Shown piece after piece: positions 1-10,033 of a stretch of 64,000 nt of DNA. The translations under genes and the position numbers were made by a program. This stretch comes from an uncultured SAR86 cluster bacterium (lineage in GTDB: Bacteria > Pseudomonadota > Gammaproteobacteria > Magnimaribacterales > D2472). Position 1 is the stretch's first letter, and the number at the start of each line of letters is the position of its first letter. The notes beneath the pieces are model-generated. The model was given only the letters and a program-made list of their open reading frames with translations. It did not search any database and had not been told where the DNA came from. The stretch spans positions 278,061-342,060 of the forward strand of contig CAXYEK010000001.1 of NCBI GenBank assembly GCA_964276235.1. The letters run 5' to 3'.

Positions 1-657
1 TCCGCCAATTGATACTGTACTTAAGCTATGAGAAATAGCATCAAATGGATTCATTCCTGCTAAAAAATATAGAAGAGCACAACATATCGTTAAGCCTAAA
101 TAGATAGCCCAAAGGGCCTGTGCTGTCTCCTTAATCCTAGGAGTCATTTTTTGATCATTCATGGCGCCTGGAATCTCAGTTTTATATAATTGACCTCCAC
201 CAATCCCCAGTAAAGGCATTACTGCAATAGCTAAAACAATTAAACCCATTCCACCCATCCACTGAAGAAGCTGCCTATAAAATAATATTGACTCAGGAAG
301 GGAATCCAACCCTGATAAGACTGTAGCCCCAGTAGTTGTTATGCCTGACATTGATTCAAAAAAGGAATCAATAAAGCCCATACCACTGATAATAAATGGT
401 ATAGATCCAGCAACAGACAATACTAGCCAAAAAAATGTAATTATTATAAAACCATCCTTTTGACCAAGTTCTCTATCGTCTCCTCGTGAGAAAAACCATC
501 CGATTAAGCCTAAAAAAAAGACAAAAAGAAATGTATATATAAAAATTGATAAAGCAGAATCCTTATAAATGATAGAAACTATCATTGGAAAAACAAAAGA
601 AACGCTAAAGAACATAACCAATATGCTAAAAAGATTAATTAAAGGTTTTACATTCAT
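1..657 (-). CDS. trkH: Trk-type K+ uptake protein TrkH, N-terminal part; the gene runs off the left edge of the window
   Basis: Not in the ORF track. My manual minus-strand translation from ATG 657 stays open to position 1: MNVKPLINLFSILVMFF...FESMSGITTTGATVL...RQLLQWMGGMGLIVLAIAVMPLLGIGGGQLY. These are TrkH/KtrB-type pore-loop motifs. It starts 5 nt after the trkA stop. Confidence 0.85.
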   Translation of the reverse strand, partial: MNVKPLINLFSILVMFFSVSFVFPMIVSIIYKDSALSIFIYTFLFVFFLGLIGWFFSRGDDRELGQKDGFIIITFFWLVLSVAGSIPFIISGMGFIDSFFESMSGITTTGATVLSGLDSLPESILFYRQLLQWMGGMGLIVLAIAVMPLLGIGGGQLYKTEIPGAMNDQKMTPRIKETAQALWAIYLGLTICCALLYFLAGMNPFDAISHSLSTVSIGG

Positions 658-662
658 TAGCT

Positions 663-2012
663 TTATTTAAAGAGCGCCTCTACTTCACCAAGCATATTTT
701 TATCTGATAGGAATATTATTAAATGATCATTTAAGGATAATTCAACTTTCGAGTTTGGCATTATTAATTCACCATGTCTTACGACGGCTCCTATAGATGC
801 GCCTTCTGGCATTGGTACATCTTTAATGGGTGTTCCGAACAGCCCTGATGTATATTCATTAGCATGAACTATGCCTTCTATAGCTTCAGCACCAGTGTCC
901 ACTTTCAATATCACGTCTTGTGCTACATCGCTATCCCTTAAGTCTTGAAGCACCGAGGACACTGTTAATCTGTGGGGAGCGATATAAATATCTATAAATC
1001 CTGGCACTAGGCCAAGATATGAAGGATTATTCAAGATAATCATAGTTTTCTTGGCTCCCATCTTCTTTGCCAACAACGAAGACATGACATTTGTCTCATC
1101 ATCATTAGTAAGAGCACAAAATATATCAATATTAGCTATATTTTCACTCTTTAACAGAGTTTCGTCTGTAGCAGAACCATTTAAAACTATAGTTTTTTCA
1201 AGTTCTTTTGAAAGAGAGCTACATTTTTCAGGATTTGAATCAATTAATTTCACGTTATAGGAGTTTTCTAAGCCTTTTGCTAAAGAAAATCCAACTTTTC
1301 CACCTCCAACTATCATAATCCTCGAATATGACTCTTCGTGGTCTCTAAATTCATCAACTATCGAGCCTATATCCGATTCTGATGAAATAAAGTAAACCTC
1401 ATCATTTTCTTTTATTATGGTTTCACCAGATGGGATTAAAGGCTTACCCTTTCTATAGATGGCTGGTATAAAAGCATCAATATCTGGCATATCATCTTTA
1501 ATACCTTTTAATTCCCTGCCAACAAGCCTTCCTTTCCTTTTTGCCTTGACTGAAACCAGGCTTACCTTTCCATCTGCAAACTTTTCTATTTGATCTGCAC
1601 CAGGATGCTCTATTAATTCAAGCAAATGAGATGTTACTTCATCCTCTGGGCTAATTGAAATATCTATAATGCCTTCTCCAAAAATATCTAATTGATCTCG
1701 ATAGTTATTATCTTTGAATCGACATATGGTTTTTTTGACATTGAAAACATTTTTTGCAATCTGACATGCAATTATATTCACCTCATCATTTGATGTAACG
1801 GCAATTACAATTGTTTCATCATCAAGCCCTGATTTTTTTAGAGTGTGAAGGGCAGATGCATGACCTGCAATCGTCATAATATCTAACTTGGATTCTAGGT
1901 CTGATAGCCTAGATTTATTCTCATCAACAATAGCAACTTGATAGTTGCTCTTAGATAGATTTCTTGCAAGACTTCCACCTATTCGACCTGCGCCCAATAT
2001 TACTATTTTCAT
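663..2012 (-). CDS. trkA: Trk system K+ uptake protein TrkA (tandem RCK/NAD-binding domains)
   Basis: 449 aa with two Rossmann GxGxxG motifs (ILGAGRIGGS, IVGGGKVGFS). Adjacent to trkH. Confidence 0.9.
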   Translation of the reverse strand: MKIVILGAGRIGGSLARNLSKSNYQVAIVDENKSRLSDLESKLDIMTIAGHASALHTLKKSGLDDETIVIAVTSNDEVNIIACQIAKNVFNVKKTICRFKDNNYRDQLDIFGEGIIDISISPEDEVTSHLLELIEHPGADQIEKFADGKVSLVSVKAKRKGRLVGRELKGIKDDMPDIDAFIPAIYRKGKPLIPSGETIIKENDEVYFISSESDIGSIVDEFRDHEESYSRIMIVGGGKVGFSLAKGLENSYNVKLIDSNPEKCSSLSKELEKTIVLNGSATDETLLKSENIANIDIFCALTNDDETNVMSSLLAKKMGAKKTMIILNNPSYLGLVPGFIDIYIAPHRLTVSSVLQDLRDSDVAQDVILKVDTGAEAIEGIVHANEYTSGLFGTPIKDVPMPEGASIGAVVRHGELIMPNSKVELSLNDHLIIFLSDKNMLGEVEALFK

Positions 2013-2070
2013 AAAGAGTAAATTAAACCTCTTTTGGATGAATTAAAAGACTTAATACCAAATTAAATAA

Positions 2071-2991
2071 TTAACAAAAAAATTGTTTGTATGCATTAAA
2101 AGCATCTACTGATGAGATTACATTTTTGTTTGGCATTTGTAAGTAAGTAATCACTATTGTTTTAGTGCTTGTTTTTATATACAGACCTGACTTATCAAAT
2201 CTAACTATACTTCCAACAGATCCATTAAATTTTTCTTCAGTTATGTGCATTTTACTTATTTTGACCATAGTTTTCTTATGGACGAATCTAACCCCTGGCC
2301 AGCTGTAATATGCCCTATATTTATTTAATATTGTTTCTGCAGGACTGCTAAAATTTAATATAGAATCAGTTTTTTTAATCTTTTTACAATATGTTGCTAA
2401 AGATTCTTCTTGTTGACTGGATGAATATTTATTAGAGTAAACGTTATTTATAACCTCATAAATTTTAGATATAGCTAGCTCAGATAAATCTTCCTCTAGC
2501 GAACTTTTATTCGCATCTTGATTAATATTAATTTCGTATTTATCAATAATTTTTCCTTCATCCAACCCTGAACTCATTTCCATAAATGTTACACCTGAGA
2601 CCTTATCACCATTCAACAATGAGCTTTGAATTGGAGAGGCACCTCTGTATTGAGGAAGCAGAGAATAATGAATATTAATAGGCATATGTTTAGGTAAATT
2701 CAATAGCCAATCAGGGAGAATCTTTCCATATGCAGCCACTACTAAGAAATCAAAATTTAGAGAGCCTATTAAGTTTTTAATATCATTATCATCCAGATCA
2801 TTTGGTTTATAGGTCGGGATATTAAATGACTTTGCTTCAGCTGAAACTTCAGAACAAAGAACTTTATTTCCTCTCTTCTGTGGTTTATCCGGCTGGGTTA
2901 TGGCGCCAATAACATTAATATCATTATGAATTGCTAGATATTTAAGAATCTTAGCAGAAGCTTTTGGTGTCCCAGCAAATAAAATGTCCAT
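2071..2991 (-). CDS. fmt: Methionyl-tRNA formyltransferase
   Basis: N-terminal ILFAGTP and HYSLLPQYRGASPIQ motifs. Lies downstream of def in the classic def-fmt pair. Confidence 0.9.
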   Translation of the reverse strand: MDILFAGTPKASAKILKYLAIHNDINVIGAITQPDKPQKRGNKVLCSEVSAEAKSFNIPTYKPNDLDDNDIKNLIGSLNFDFLVVAAYGKILPDWLLNLPKHMPINIHYSLLPQYRGASPIQSSLLNGDKVSGVTFMEMSSGLDEGKIIDKYEININQDANKSSLEEDLSELAISKIYEVINNVYSNKYSSSQQEESLATYCKKIKKTDSILNFSSPAETILNKYRAYYSWPGVRFVHKKTMVKISKMHITEEKFNGSVGSIVRFDKSGLYIKTSTKTIVITYLQMPNKNVISSVDAFNAYKQFFC

Positions 2992-3038
2992 ATATTCTAT
3001 TAAAATGCTTATAAAAGCGTATAAAATCTCCTAATTTC

Positions 3039-3533
3039 TTATTTTGATAGCTTTTTTCTAATCCTATCCCTTTTTATAGGACTTATATAATCCACCATTA
3101 ATTTTCCTTCTAAATGGTCAATCTCATGTTGAATACATATAGTTAGCAGCCCTTCAGGTCTTTCGTTATGGGTATTGCCGCTTATATCCTGCCATGTAAG
3201 ATCAATTTTATCGGGTCTAGTAATTTCTTCGTTAAATCCGGGAATTGATAAGCATCCTTCTTCGTAAGAGGCTACAGAGTGGTTATCAAGCACTTTATAT
3301 GTAGGATTCACAAAAAACATTGGCTCATTTCTTTCTTCACTTAGATCCATAACGATTAATCTTATGTGATTATCAATTTGAGTAGCTGCAAGACCTATTC
3401 CATTTTCTTCATACATGGTATGAAGCATGTCTTCAGCTAATATTTCTAGACTTTTGTCGAATTTAGTAACTTTTTTTGCAACTATTCTTAACTTTGGATC
3501 AGGAAACTTTAAAATTCTTAATTTTTGTGGCAT
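3039..3533 (-). CDS. def: Peptide deformylase
   Basis: All three PDF motifs are present: GIGLAATQ, EGCLS, HEIDH. Confidence 0.95.
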   Translation of the reverse strand: MPQKLRILKFPDPKLRIVAKKVTKFDKSLEILAEDMLHTMYEENGIGLAATQIDNHIRLIVMDLSEERNEPMFFVNPTYKVLDNHSVASYEEGCLSIPGFNEEITRPDKIDLTWQDISGNTHNERPEGLLTICIQHEIDHLEGKLMVDYISPIKRDRIRKKLSK

Positions 3534-3598
3534 AAACAGTATTTTCTTATATAATTTAACAATTATAATCTACATCTAACAATACAATACATTAAATT

Positions 3599-4099
3599 AT
3601 GACAAATCAATCAACACAAGTAGCAATTATTATGGGTTCAGACTCAGATTTACCTATAGTAGAGGCAATTTTCCCTATTTTAGAGTCATTTGGGGTTAAA
3701 TATACTAAAAATGTCATGTCTGCACATAGGACGCCTCATGAAGTGATGGATCTTATTAAAACTTCAGAAAATAATGGATGTAAGGTTTTTATAGCTGCTG
3801 CGGGAATGGCTGCACATTTAGCTGGAGCTGTTGCGGCACATTCAACTAGACCAGTAATTGGTATTCCAATAGAGTCAGGTGGAATGGGCGGCATAGATTC
3901 ATTATTATCAACAGCAATGATGCCTCCTGGAGTCCCGGTTGCTACTGTCGCAGTCGGAAAAGCTGGAGCAAAAAATAGTGCTATTTTAGCAGTACAAATA
4001 TTAGCAACTTCTGATGAAGATCTCGCACAGAAACTTCATGATTATAAAAACAATATGAGGGAAGAAGTTCTTAAAAAAGATAAGGCTCTTAATTCATAA
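3599..4099 (+). CDS. purE: N5-carboxyaminoimidazole ribonucleotide mutase
   Basis: IIMGSDSDLP, SAHRTP and AAGMAAHLAG motifs; 166 aa. Confidence 0.9.
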   Translation: MTNQSTQVAIIMGSDSDLPIVEAIFPILESFGVKYTKNVMSAHRTPHEVMDLIKTSENNGCKVFIAAAGMAAHLAGAVAAHSTRPVIGIPIESGGMGGIDSLLSTAMMPPGVPVATVAVGKAGAKNSAILAVQILATSDEDLAQKLHDYKNNMREEVLKKDKALNS

Positions 4100-4660
4100 T
4101 TGCACAAAAAATCTCTAGATATTTCATCATCTGTAGAGTGGCTAAATAATGGAAAAATCCTTGCACATCCTACAGAAGGTATTTGGGGTCTAGGCTGCAA
4201 TGCTCTTGATAAGAATAGCTTTAATAAACTCTACGATTTAAAAAAAAGAAATCACAATAAAAGTTTTATTTTATTGGTGCAATCTGTCGAAAGCATAAAA
4301 AAATACCTAAATAAAATTTCAAAAGAAGACACAGATTATCTTGATAAAGTATGGCCAGGACCAACAACAATTTTAATTAGTTATAATGATAATTTACCAA
4401 TTCATTTACATAATAATACAGGTAAATTAGCTATAAGAGTAAGTAATCACTTACCATTAAAACAACTCATAGAAAGATTTAATGGTTTTATGGTTTCTAC
4501 GTCTGCGAATATATCTGGAGAGCCGAATATAAACAACCCTGATAAAATATTAGATACTTTTGGTGATATAGATTTGGCATACTATGATGCTCCTTTAGGG
4601 TCAAATATTAAACCATCAAAAATTATTGATCTTGATACGAAAAAGGTAATAAGAAAATAA
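4100..4660 (+). CDS. tsaC: Threonylcarbamoyl-AMP synthase (YrdC/TsaC family)
   Basis: YrdC-domain signature ILAHPTEGIWGLGCNA and STSANISGEP. TTG start directly after the purE stop. Confidence 0.75.
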   Translation: MHKKSLDISSSVEWLNNGKILAHPTEGIWGLGCNALDKNSFNKLYDLKKRNHNKSFILLVQSVESIKKYLNKISKEDTDYLDKVWPGPTTILISYNDNLPIHLHNNTGKLAIRVSNHLPLKQLIERFNGFMVSTSANISGEPNINNPDKILDTFGDIDLAYYDAPLGSNIKPSKIIDLDTKKVIRK

Positions 4661-4661
4661 T

Positions 4662-5567
4662 ATGATCAAAGATTTGGAAAACATTTTTAAAGAATCCCAC
4701 TCTAATATTAAGGACACTTTCTTAGCTCTAGAGAACTCAAAAGATGCAATTATTACTAACGATAAATGGAAAAGACCAGAGGGTGGAGGAGGAAATACTT
4801 TTGTAATTCAGGGTGGTAATTTTTTTGATAATTGTGCAGTTAATTTTTCATCGATATCTGGAAAAAAACTTCCAAAAGCAGCTCTAGGAAATTCTTTAGT
4901 TAAATCATCTAGGTATGGGTATAAGGCTATGGGTATTTCCATTATCTCTCACCCTAAAAACCCATTTATCCCAACAAGTCATATGAATGTGAGATTATTT
5001 TGTATCCTCAACAATAAAGGTGACATTATAGATTGGTGGGCTGGAGGTGGTTATGACTTAACCCCATTTTTTCCATTTAAAGAAGATTGCATAAGTTGGC
5101 ATAAAGGGGCAAAAGAGGTTTTAGATAGATATAACAAGAGATTTTATCCAAAATTCTCAAAAAATTGTAATGATTACTTTAAAATTCCACACAGATCTGA
5201 AAGAAGGGGTATTGGAGGCATCTTTTTTGATAATTTCACCAAAATGAGCATACAAAAAACCTCTGAAATGCTCATTGACATAACCGACCAATATGTTGAG
5301 TCTTACTCAGATATTGTAAATAGAAGAAAAAAAACTAAATTTACAAAGATTCATAAGGACTTTCAGTTGATTAGAAGAGGCAGATATGCAGAATTCAACT
5401 TGTTATACGATAGAGGAACTGCTTTTGGGATTCAGTCCAATGGAAGAATTGAATCAATTTTAGCCTCGCTGCCCCTTGATGTGCGCTGGACATATAAGAA
5501 GGATAAAAGCTACTTAAAAATGGAAAATGAGCTGCTTAAATTTATAAACCGAGATTGGAATGTCTAA
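4662..5567 (+). CDS. hemF: Oxygen-dependent coproporphyrinogen III oxidase
   Basis: RRGRYAEFNLLYDRGTAFGI and GGGYDLTPFFPF motifs; 301 aa. Confidence 0.85.
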   Translation: MIKDLENIFKESHSNIKDTFLALENSKDAIITNDKWKRPEGGGGNTFVIQGGNFFDNCAVNFSSISGKKLPKAALGNSLVKSSRYGYKAMGISIISHPKNPFIPTSHMNVRLFCILNNKGDIIDWWAGGGYDLTPFFPFKEDCISWHKGAKEVLDRYNKRFYPKFSKNCNDYFKIPHRSERRGIGGIFFDNFTKMSIQKTSEMLIDITDQYVESYSDIVNRRKKTKFTKIHKDFQLIRRGRYAEFNLLYDRGTAFGIQSNGRIESILASLPLDVRWTYKKDKSYLKMENELLKFINRDWNV

Positions 5568-6375
5568 AAAGTTTAAATTAGGAGTTGTAGGCAATCCTAT
5601 AGAACATTCTTTATCTCCTTTTATTCATTCACGCTTTGCACGTCATGAGAATATTAATCTGGAATATCAAGCATATAAAGTAGAGAAAGATAATTTTAAT
5701 AATTTTGTATCTGATTTTTTTACCAACCCAAATGCAAAAGGATTAAATATAACCTTACCCTTTAAATCAATGGCTTCAAAAATTAATGGAAAAATTTCAG
5801 AGGAAGCTAAATATATAAATGCAGTTAATACTATTACCAAATTTCAAAATAGTTTGTCTCTAGAAACAACAGATGGCTCTGGGTTTATGCGTGACCTTGA
5901 AATAAATAATATTAAAGTTGCTGGAAAGAATATTCTTATTATTGGAGCAGGAGCAGCGGTAGAGAGCATCTTATATAAACTAGTTTTAGATAATCCTAAT
6001 TCAATTACTATTTTAAATAGAAGCCAAGACAAAGCAGACAAGCTGCAAAATAGATATGTAGAACAAAAAAAGATTAGCTCAGCCTTGCCTGCTAATAAAA
6101 GTTTTGATCTCGTAATTAATGGAAGCTCTGCTGGCTTAACAGGCGATTTTAAAGCACCTGGAGATATTCAAATATCTAACAAGACCTCTTTTTATGATCT
6201 CAATTATTCTCTAGATACAACCCCTTTTTGCGATTGGGCTCTGAATAACTCCTCTCTTGTATATGATGGGATTGGGATGCTTGTAAATCAAGCGTCTATA
6301 TCTTTTCAATTATGGTTTGATGTTGTTCCTGAAACTAAAAAGGTCTTAGAAGAAATCAAAAGTTTAAAAGAATGA
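5560..6375 (+). CDS. aroE: Shikimate dehydrogenase
   Basis: GNPIEHSLSPFIHSRF N-terminus and GAGAA Rossmann motif. Overlaps the hemF end. Confidence 0.85.
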   Translation: MSKKFKLGVVGNPIEHSLSPFIHSRFARHENINLEYQAYKVEKDNFNNFVSDFFTNPNAKGLNITLPFKSMASKINGKISEEAKYINAVNTITKFQNSLSLETTDGSGFMRDLEINNIKVAGKNILIIGAGAAVESILYKLVLDNPNSITILNRSQDKADKLQNRYVEQKKISSALPANKSFDLVINGSSAGLTGDFKAPGDIQISNKTSFYDLNYSLDTTPFCDWALNNSSLVYDGIGMLVNQASISFQLWFDVVPETKKVLEEIKSLKE

Positions 6376-6572
6376 AAAAATTAGTTCAATTTATTGCTGG
6401 TGCCGTTTGCCCATCCTGCAAGGCACAAGACACCATCGCAATCAATGCAGAAGATGATCAGATTTATTGTGTTAAATGCGATTTTAAAGAAAATAGGCCA
6501 AAGTCTGTAAACAAAAAGAATGACATGATAAAAGTTGTAAATATCGAAGAGTATAAAAAACGCAAAAGCTAG
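6372..6572 (+). CDS. yheV: YheV-family putative zinc-ribbon protein
   Basis: 66 aa. QFIAGAVCPSCKAQD...CVKCDF closely parallels my recollection of E. coli YheV (RFIAGAKCPACQAQD...CVKCGH). ATGA overlap with aroE. Confidence 0.7.
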   Translation: MKKLVQFIAGAVCPSCKAQDTIAINAEDDQIYCVKCDFKENRPKSVNKKNDMIKVVNIEEYKKRKS

Positions 6573-6715
6573 CAAAATAAGTTACAAAAAGATATTATAG
6601 GCTCGAAATTTATTAGGAAAATTTTTAGAAAGTTTATATGATTAGTTTATATAAATAGCTTATAATAACTTATCAGTAGTTTTTATTTTATACCACACTT
6701 TCATAGGATAAATAT

Positions 6716-7861
6716 ATGTCGCCTAAATTTTTAAAGAATTTTCAGCAAAATATCATTTTTGCACTTGTTCTTTTTTCTAGCTCTGTAAAAGCAGATTGGT
6801 TTGCTTTAAATATGACGCGTGGAATTACTGACATAAGCAACGAAGTTTTTGAATTACACATGCTTATTTTTTGGATATGTGTTGCTATTGGCGTGGTAGT
6901 GTTTAGCGTCATGTTTTACTCAATGTATGCACACACAAAGAAAAAGAATCCTGTTCCAGCCACCTTTCATGAAAGTACTAAAGTTGAAATAGCATGGACA
7001 ATAATTCCCTTCTTAATTCTGATTGCAATGGCAATCCCTGCTTCTAAGACTCTTGTTAAAATTTATGATGATGAAGCTGGTGATATTAACATTCAAGTTA
7101 CTGGGTATCAGTGGAAGTGGCAGTATAGGTACTTAGAAGATGATATAAGTTTTTTTTCAAATCCATCAACAGATCCTGATGAGATTTATAACCTTGTTCC
7201 TAAGGGAGAAAACTATCTTCAAGAAGTAGATGAAATGGTTTTAATACCAGCAGGAAAAAAAGTTAGATTTTTAATCACAGCTAATGATGTTATTCACTCA
7301 TGGTGGATGCCTGCTTTTGCTATTAAACAAGATGCTATTCCAGGGTTTGTTAATACTGCATGGACTAAAGTAGATAAGCCCGGAATATACCGAGGAAAGT
7401 GTACTGAGTTGTGTGGAAAAAATCATGGCTTTATGCCTGTAGTGGTCAAAGTCGTTGAACAAGACGAATATGATCAATGGGTGTCTGAGAAAAAAGATAT
7501 GGCAATGAAAATGGCAGAACTTACTACAAAAGATTGGACCACCGAAGAGCTAGTTTCTCGAGGCGAAGATATATATGCACTTAATTGTGTTGCCTGCCAT
7601 CAAGTAAACGGTGAAGGAATCCAAGGAATATTTCCAGCACTTGCAGGAAGCGATATATCCCTAAATAACAAAGAAAGACATATAGAAATTTTAATGGAAG
7701 GTGTTCAAGGAGCAGCAATGAACTCATTTAGTTACTTATCTGAAGTTGAGCTAGCATCTGTTATTACATATACAAGACAAGCATGGGGAAATGCTGAAAG
7801 CGGCGATGGAGAAATAGTGATCCCTAAAGATATAGTTGAATATAAAAAACCAAAAATTTAA
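6716..7861 (+). CDS. coxB: Cytochrome c oxidase subunit II with C-terminal cytochrome c domain
   Basis: CuA site HSWWMP...CTELCGKNHGFM. C-terminal heme-binding CVACH. Signal peptide plus two TM helices. Confidence 0.95.
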   Translation: MSPKFLKNFQQNIIFALVLFSSSVKADWFALNMTRGITDISNEVFELHMLIFWICVAIGVVVFSVMFYSMYAHTKKKNPVPATFHESTKVEIAWTIIPFLILIAMAIPASKTLVKIYDDEAGDINIQVTGYQWKWQYRYLEDDISFFSNPSTDPDEIYNLVPKGENYLQEVDEMVLIPAGKKVRFLITANDVIHSWWMPAFAIKQDAIPGFVNTAWTKVDKPGIYRGKCTELCGKNHGFMPVVVKVVEQDEYDQWVSEKKDMAMKMAELTTKDWTTEELVSRGEDIYALNCVACHQVNGEGIQGIFPALAGSDISLNNKERHIEILMEGVQGAAMNSFSYLSEVELASVITYTRQAWGNAESGDGEIVIPKDIVEYKKPKI

Positions 7862-7883
7862 AAATAATTAAAGAGAGATAATT

Positions 7884-9467
7884 ATGAGCGCAGTAATAGA
7901 AAATCATCACGACGATCACCATCACGGTCCTGCTAAAGGATTAACTAGATGGCTTTATACCACTAACCATAAAGATATTGGAACATTATATTTGTGGTTC
8001 AGTTTTGCTATGTTTCTTATTGGCGGAGCAATGGCTATGGTTATCAGGGCTGAGTTATTTCAACCTGGGATGCAGATAGTTGAGCCTGAGTTTTATAATC
8101 AAATGATCACACTCCATGGCCTTATTATGATCTTCGGTGGAGTTATGCCTGCATTCGTTGGACTAGCTAACTGGCTTGTACCAATGATGATTGGTGCTCC
8201 TGACATGGCACTTCCTAGAATGAATAATCTAAGTTTCTGGATTCTTCCATTCGCATTTTTCATTTTATTATCTTCATTATTTATGGAAGGCGGCGCACCA
8301 AATTTTGGATGGACTTTTTATGCACCACTTTCAACAACATATGCACCTCCAAGTGTTACTTTTTTCATATTCTCCGTTCATATAATGGGGGCGTCTTCTA
8401 TCATGGGAGCGATTAACGTTGTAGTAACTATCATGAACATGAGAGCTCCAGGTGTTGGACTTATGAAGATGCCGTTATTTGTATGGTCTTGGTTAATCAC
8501 AGCCTATCTTTTGATTGCGGTCATGCCTGTATTAGCCGGAGCTGTAACTATGATGTTAATGGATATCCATTTTGGTACAAGTTTCTTTAATGCAGCTGGC
8601 GGTGGCGATCCAGTTTTATTCCAGCATATTTTTTGGTTCTTTGGACACCCAGAAGTTTATATTATGATTCTTCCAGCATTTGGTATCGTCTCTCATATTA
8701 TAGAAACTTTCTCCAGAAAACAGCTTTTTGGTTACTCATCAATGGTTTGGGCCATGCTATCGATCGCTATTCTTTCGTTTGTGGTTTGGGCTCATCATAT
8801 GTTTACTGTGGGTCTTCCTCTGGCAGCAGAATTATTCTTCATGTGGGCAACTATGCTTATAGCTGTTCCAACAGGAGTTAAAGTTTTCAATTGGATTGCA
8901 ACAATGTTTAGAGGCTCAATAACTTTTGAAACTCCAATGCTTTTTGCTATAGCCTTTGTTGTTTTATTCACAATGGGTGGTTTCTCTGGATTAATGCTTG
9001 CGATTACACCTGCTGATTTTCAATATCATGATACTTATTTTGTTGTTGCTCATTTTCATTATGTTTTAGTTCCAGGAGCTATATTCTCAATCATGGCTGC
9101 TGTCTATTATTGGATACCAAAATGGTGTGGAAATATGTATGACGAAAGACTAGGTAAGCTTCATTTCTGGCTTTCATTTATTGGAGTTAATGTAACTTTC
9201 TTCCCTCAACACTTTATTGGTCTTGCCGGTATGCCTAGAAGAGTTCCAGATTATGCATTGCAATTTGCTGATTGGAATATGGTATCTAGTGTTGGAGCAT
9301 TTTTATTTGGAGTCTCACAATTATTATTCCTATTTATCGTTGTTAAAACAGTAATGGGTGGAAAGAAAGCAACAGACCAAGTCTGGGAAGGTGCGAGAGG
9401 ACTTGAGTGGACAGTTGCTTCGCCAGCTCCGTATCATACGTTTACAACACCTCCAAAAATAGACTAA
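7884..9467 (+). CDS. coxA: Cytochrome c oxidase subunit I (aa3-type)
   Basis: 527 aa, 12-TM heme-copper oxidase with WFFGHPEVYI, VWAHHMF and HFHYVL motifs. Confidence 0.97.
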   Translation: MSAVIENHHDDHHHGPAKGLTRWLYTTNHKDIGTLYLWFSFAMFLIGGAMAMVIRAELFQPGMQIVEPEFYNQMITLHGLIMIFGGVMPAFVGLANWLVPMMIGAPDMALPRMNNLSFWILPFAFFILLSSLFMEGGAPNFGWTFYAPLSTTYAPPSVTFFIFSVHIMGASSIMGAINVVVTIMNMRAPGVGLMKMPLFVWSWLITAYLLIAVMPVLAGAVTMMLMDIHFGTSFFNAAGGGDPVLFQHIFWFFGHPEVYIMILPAFGIVSHIIETFSRKQLFGYSSMVWAMLSIAILSFVVWAHHMFTVGLPLAAELFFMWATMLIAVPTGVKVFNWIATMFRGSITFETPMLFAIAFVVLFTMGGFSGLMLAITPADFQYHDTYFVVAHFHYVLVPGAIFSIMAAVYYWIPKWCGNMYDERLGKLHFWLSFIGVNVTFFPQHFIGLAGMPRRVPDYALQFADWNMVSSVGAFLFGVSQLLFLFIVVKTVMGGKKATDQVWEGARGLEWTVASPAPYHTFTTPPKID

Positions 9468-10027
9468 TGAATCCAGATGCTAAAAAAACATTAAGACGTT
9501 TGCTAATAGCAGTTCCCTGTATGTTTGCTTTTGGCTTCGCTCTGGTACCTTTATATGATGTTTTTTGTGAGGTAACTGGTATTAATGGAAAAGTGTTTCA
9601 ATCTGAATACTCGGAAGATTTGGTTAAAGAAGAAGGAAGGCCCCTTGGACTTCAATTTATATCTACAAATAACGAGAATATGCCCTGGATTTTTAAACCT
9701 TCTAAAGAAGTCATGACAATATCAACAGGCAAGTATTACACAGCAACTTTTTACGTTAAGAATACAACTAATAAAATAATGAAGGCTCAGGCTGTGCCAA
9801 GCGTCGCTCCCTCAAATGCAGCAGCCCATTTAAAAAAATTGGAATGTTTTTGTTTTGAACAACAAGAGTTAAAGCCAGGAGAGGAAGCTCTCCTTCCAGT
9901 TAAACTGCTTGTATCAGATCAGCTACCAAATAATATAAAGAATGTTATTTTGTCGTATACAATTTTTGACATAACTGATTACAACGAAGATGCTATCGCG
10001 CATAACGATATGAATATGGAGCACTAG
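9467..10027 (+). CDS. ctaG: Cytochrome c oxidase assembly protein CtaG/Cox11
   Basis: The ORF-track frame opens at 9407, but ATG 9467 overlaps the coxA TAA (TAATG) and gives MNPDAKKTLRRLL plus a TM helix. The Cox11 CFCF copper motif is present. Confidence 0.85.
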   Translation: MNPDAKKTLRRLLIAVPCMFAFGFALVPLYDVFCEVTGINGKVFQSEYSEDLVKEEGRPLGLQFISTNNENMPWIFKPSKEVMTISTGKYYTATFYVKNTTNKIMKAQAVPSVAPSNAAAHLKKLECFCFEQQELKPGEEALLPVKLLVSDQLPNNIKNVILSYTIFDITDYNEDAIAHNDMNMEH

Positions 10028-10033
10028 GAAAAA

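Noticed and set aside
8633-8881. 82-aa same-strand alternative-frame ORF inside coxA
   Set aside because: It is nested in a highly conserved subunit I region and its composition is an artefact of the overlapping frame.
9407-9466. Upstream extension of the ctaG ORF overlapping the coxA 3' end
   Set aside because: The extension (MDSCFASSVSYVYNTSKNRL) is just the coxA C-terminus read out of frame. ATG 9467, coupled to the coxA stop, gives the expected Cox11 N-terminus.
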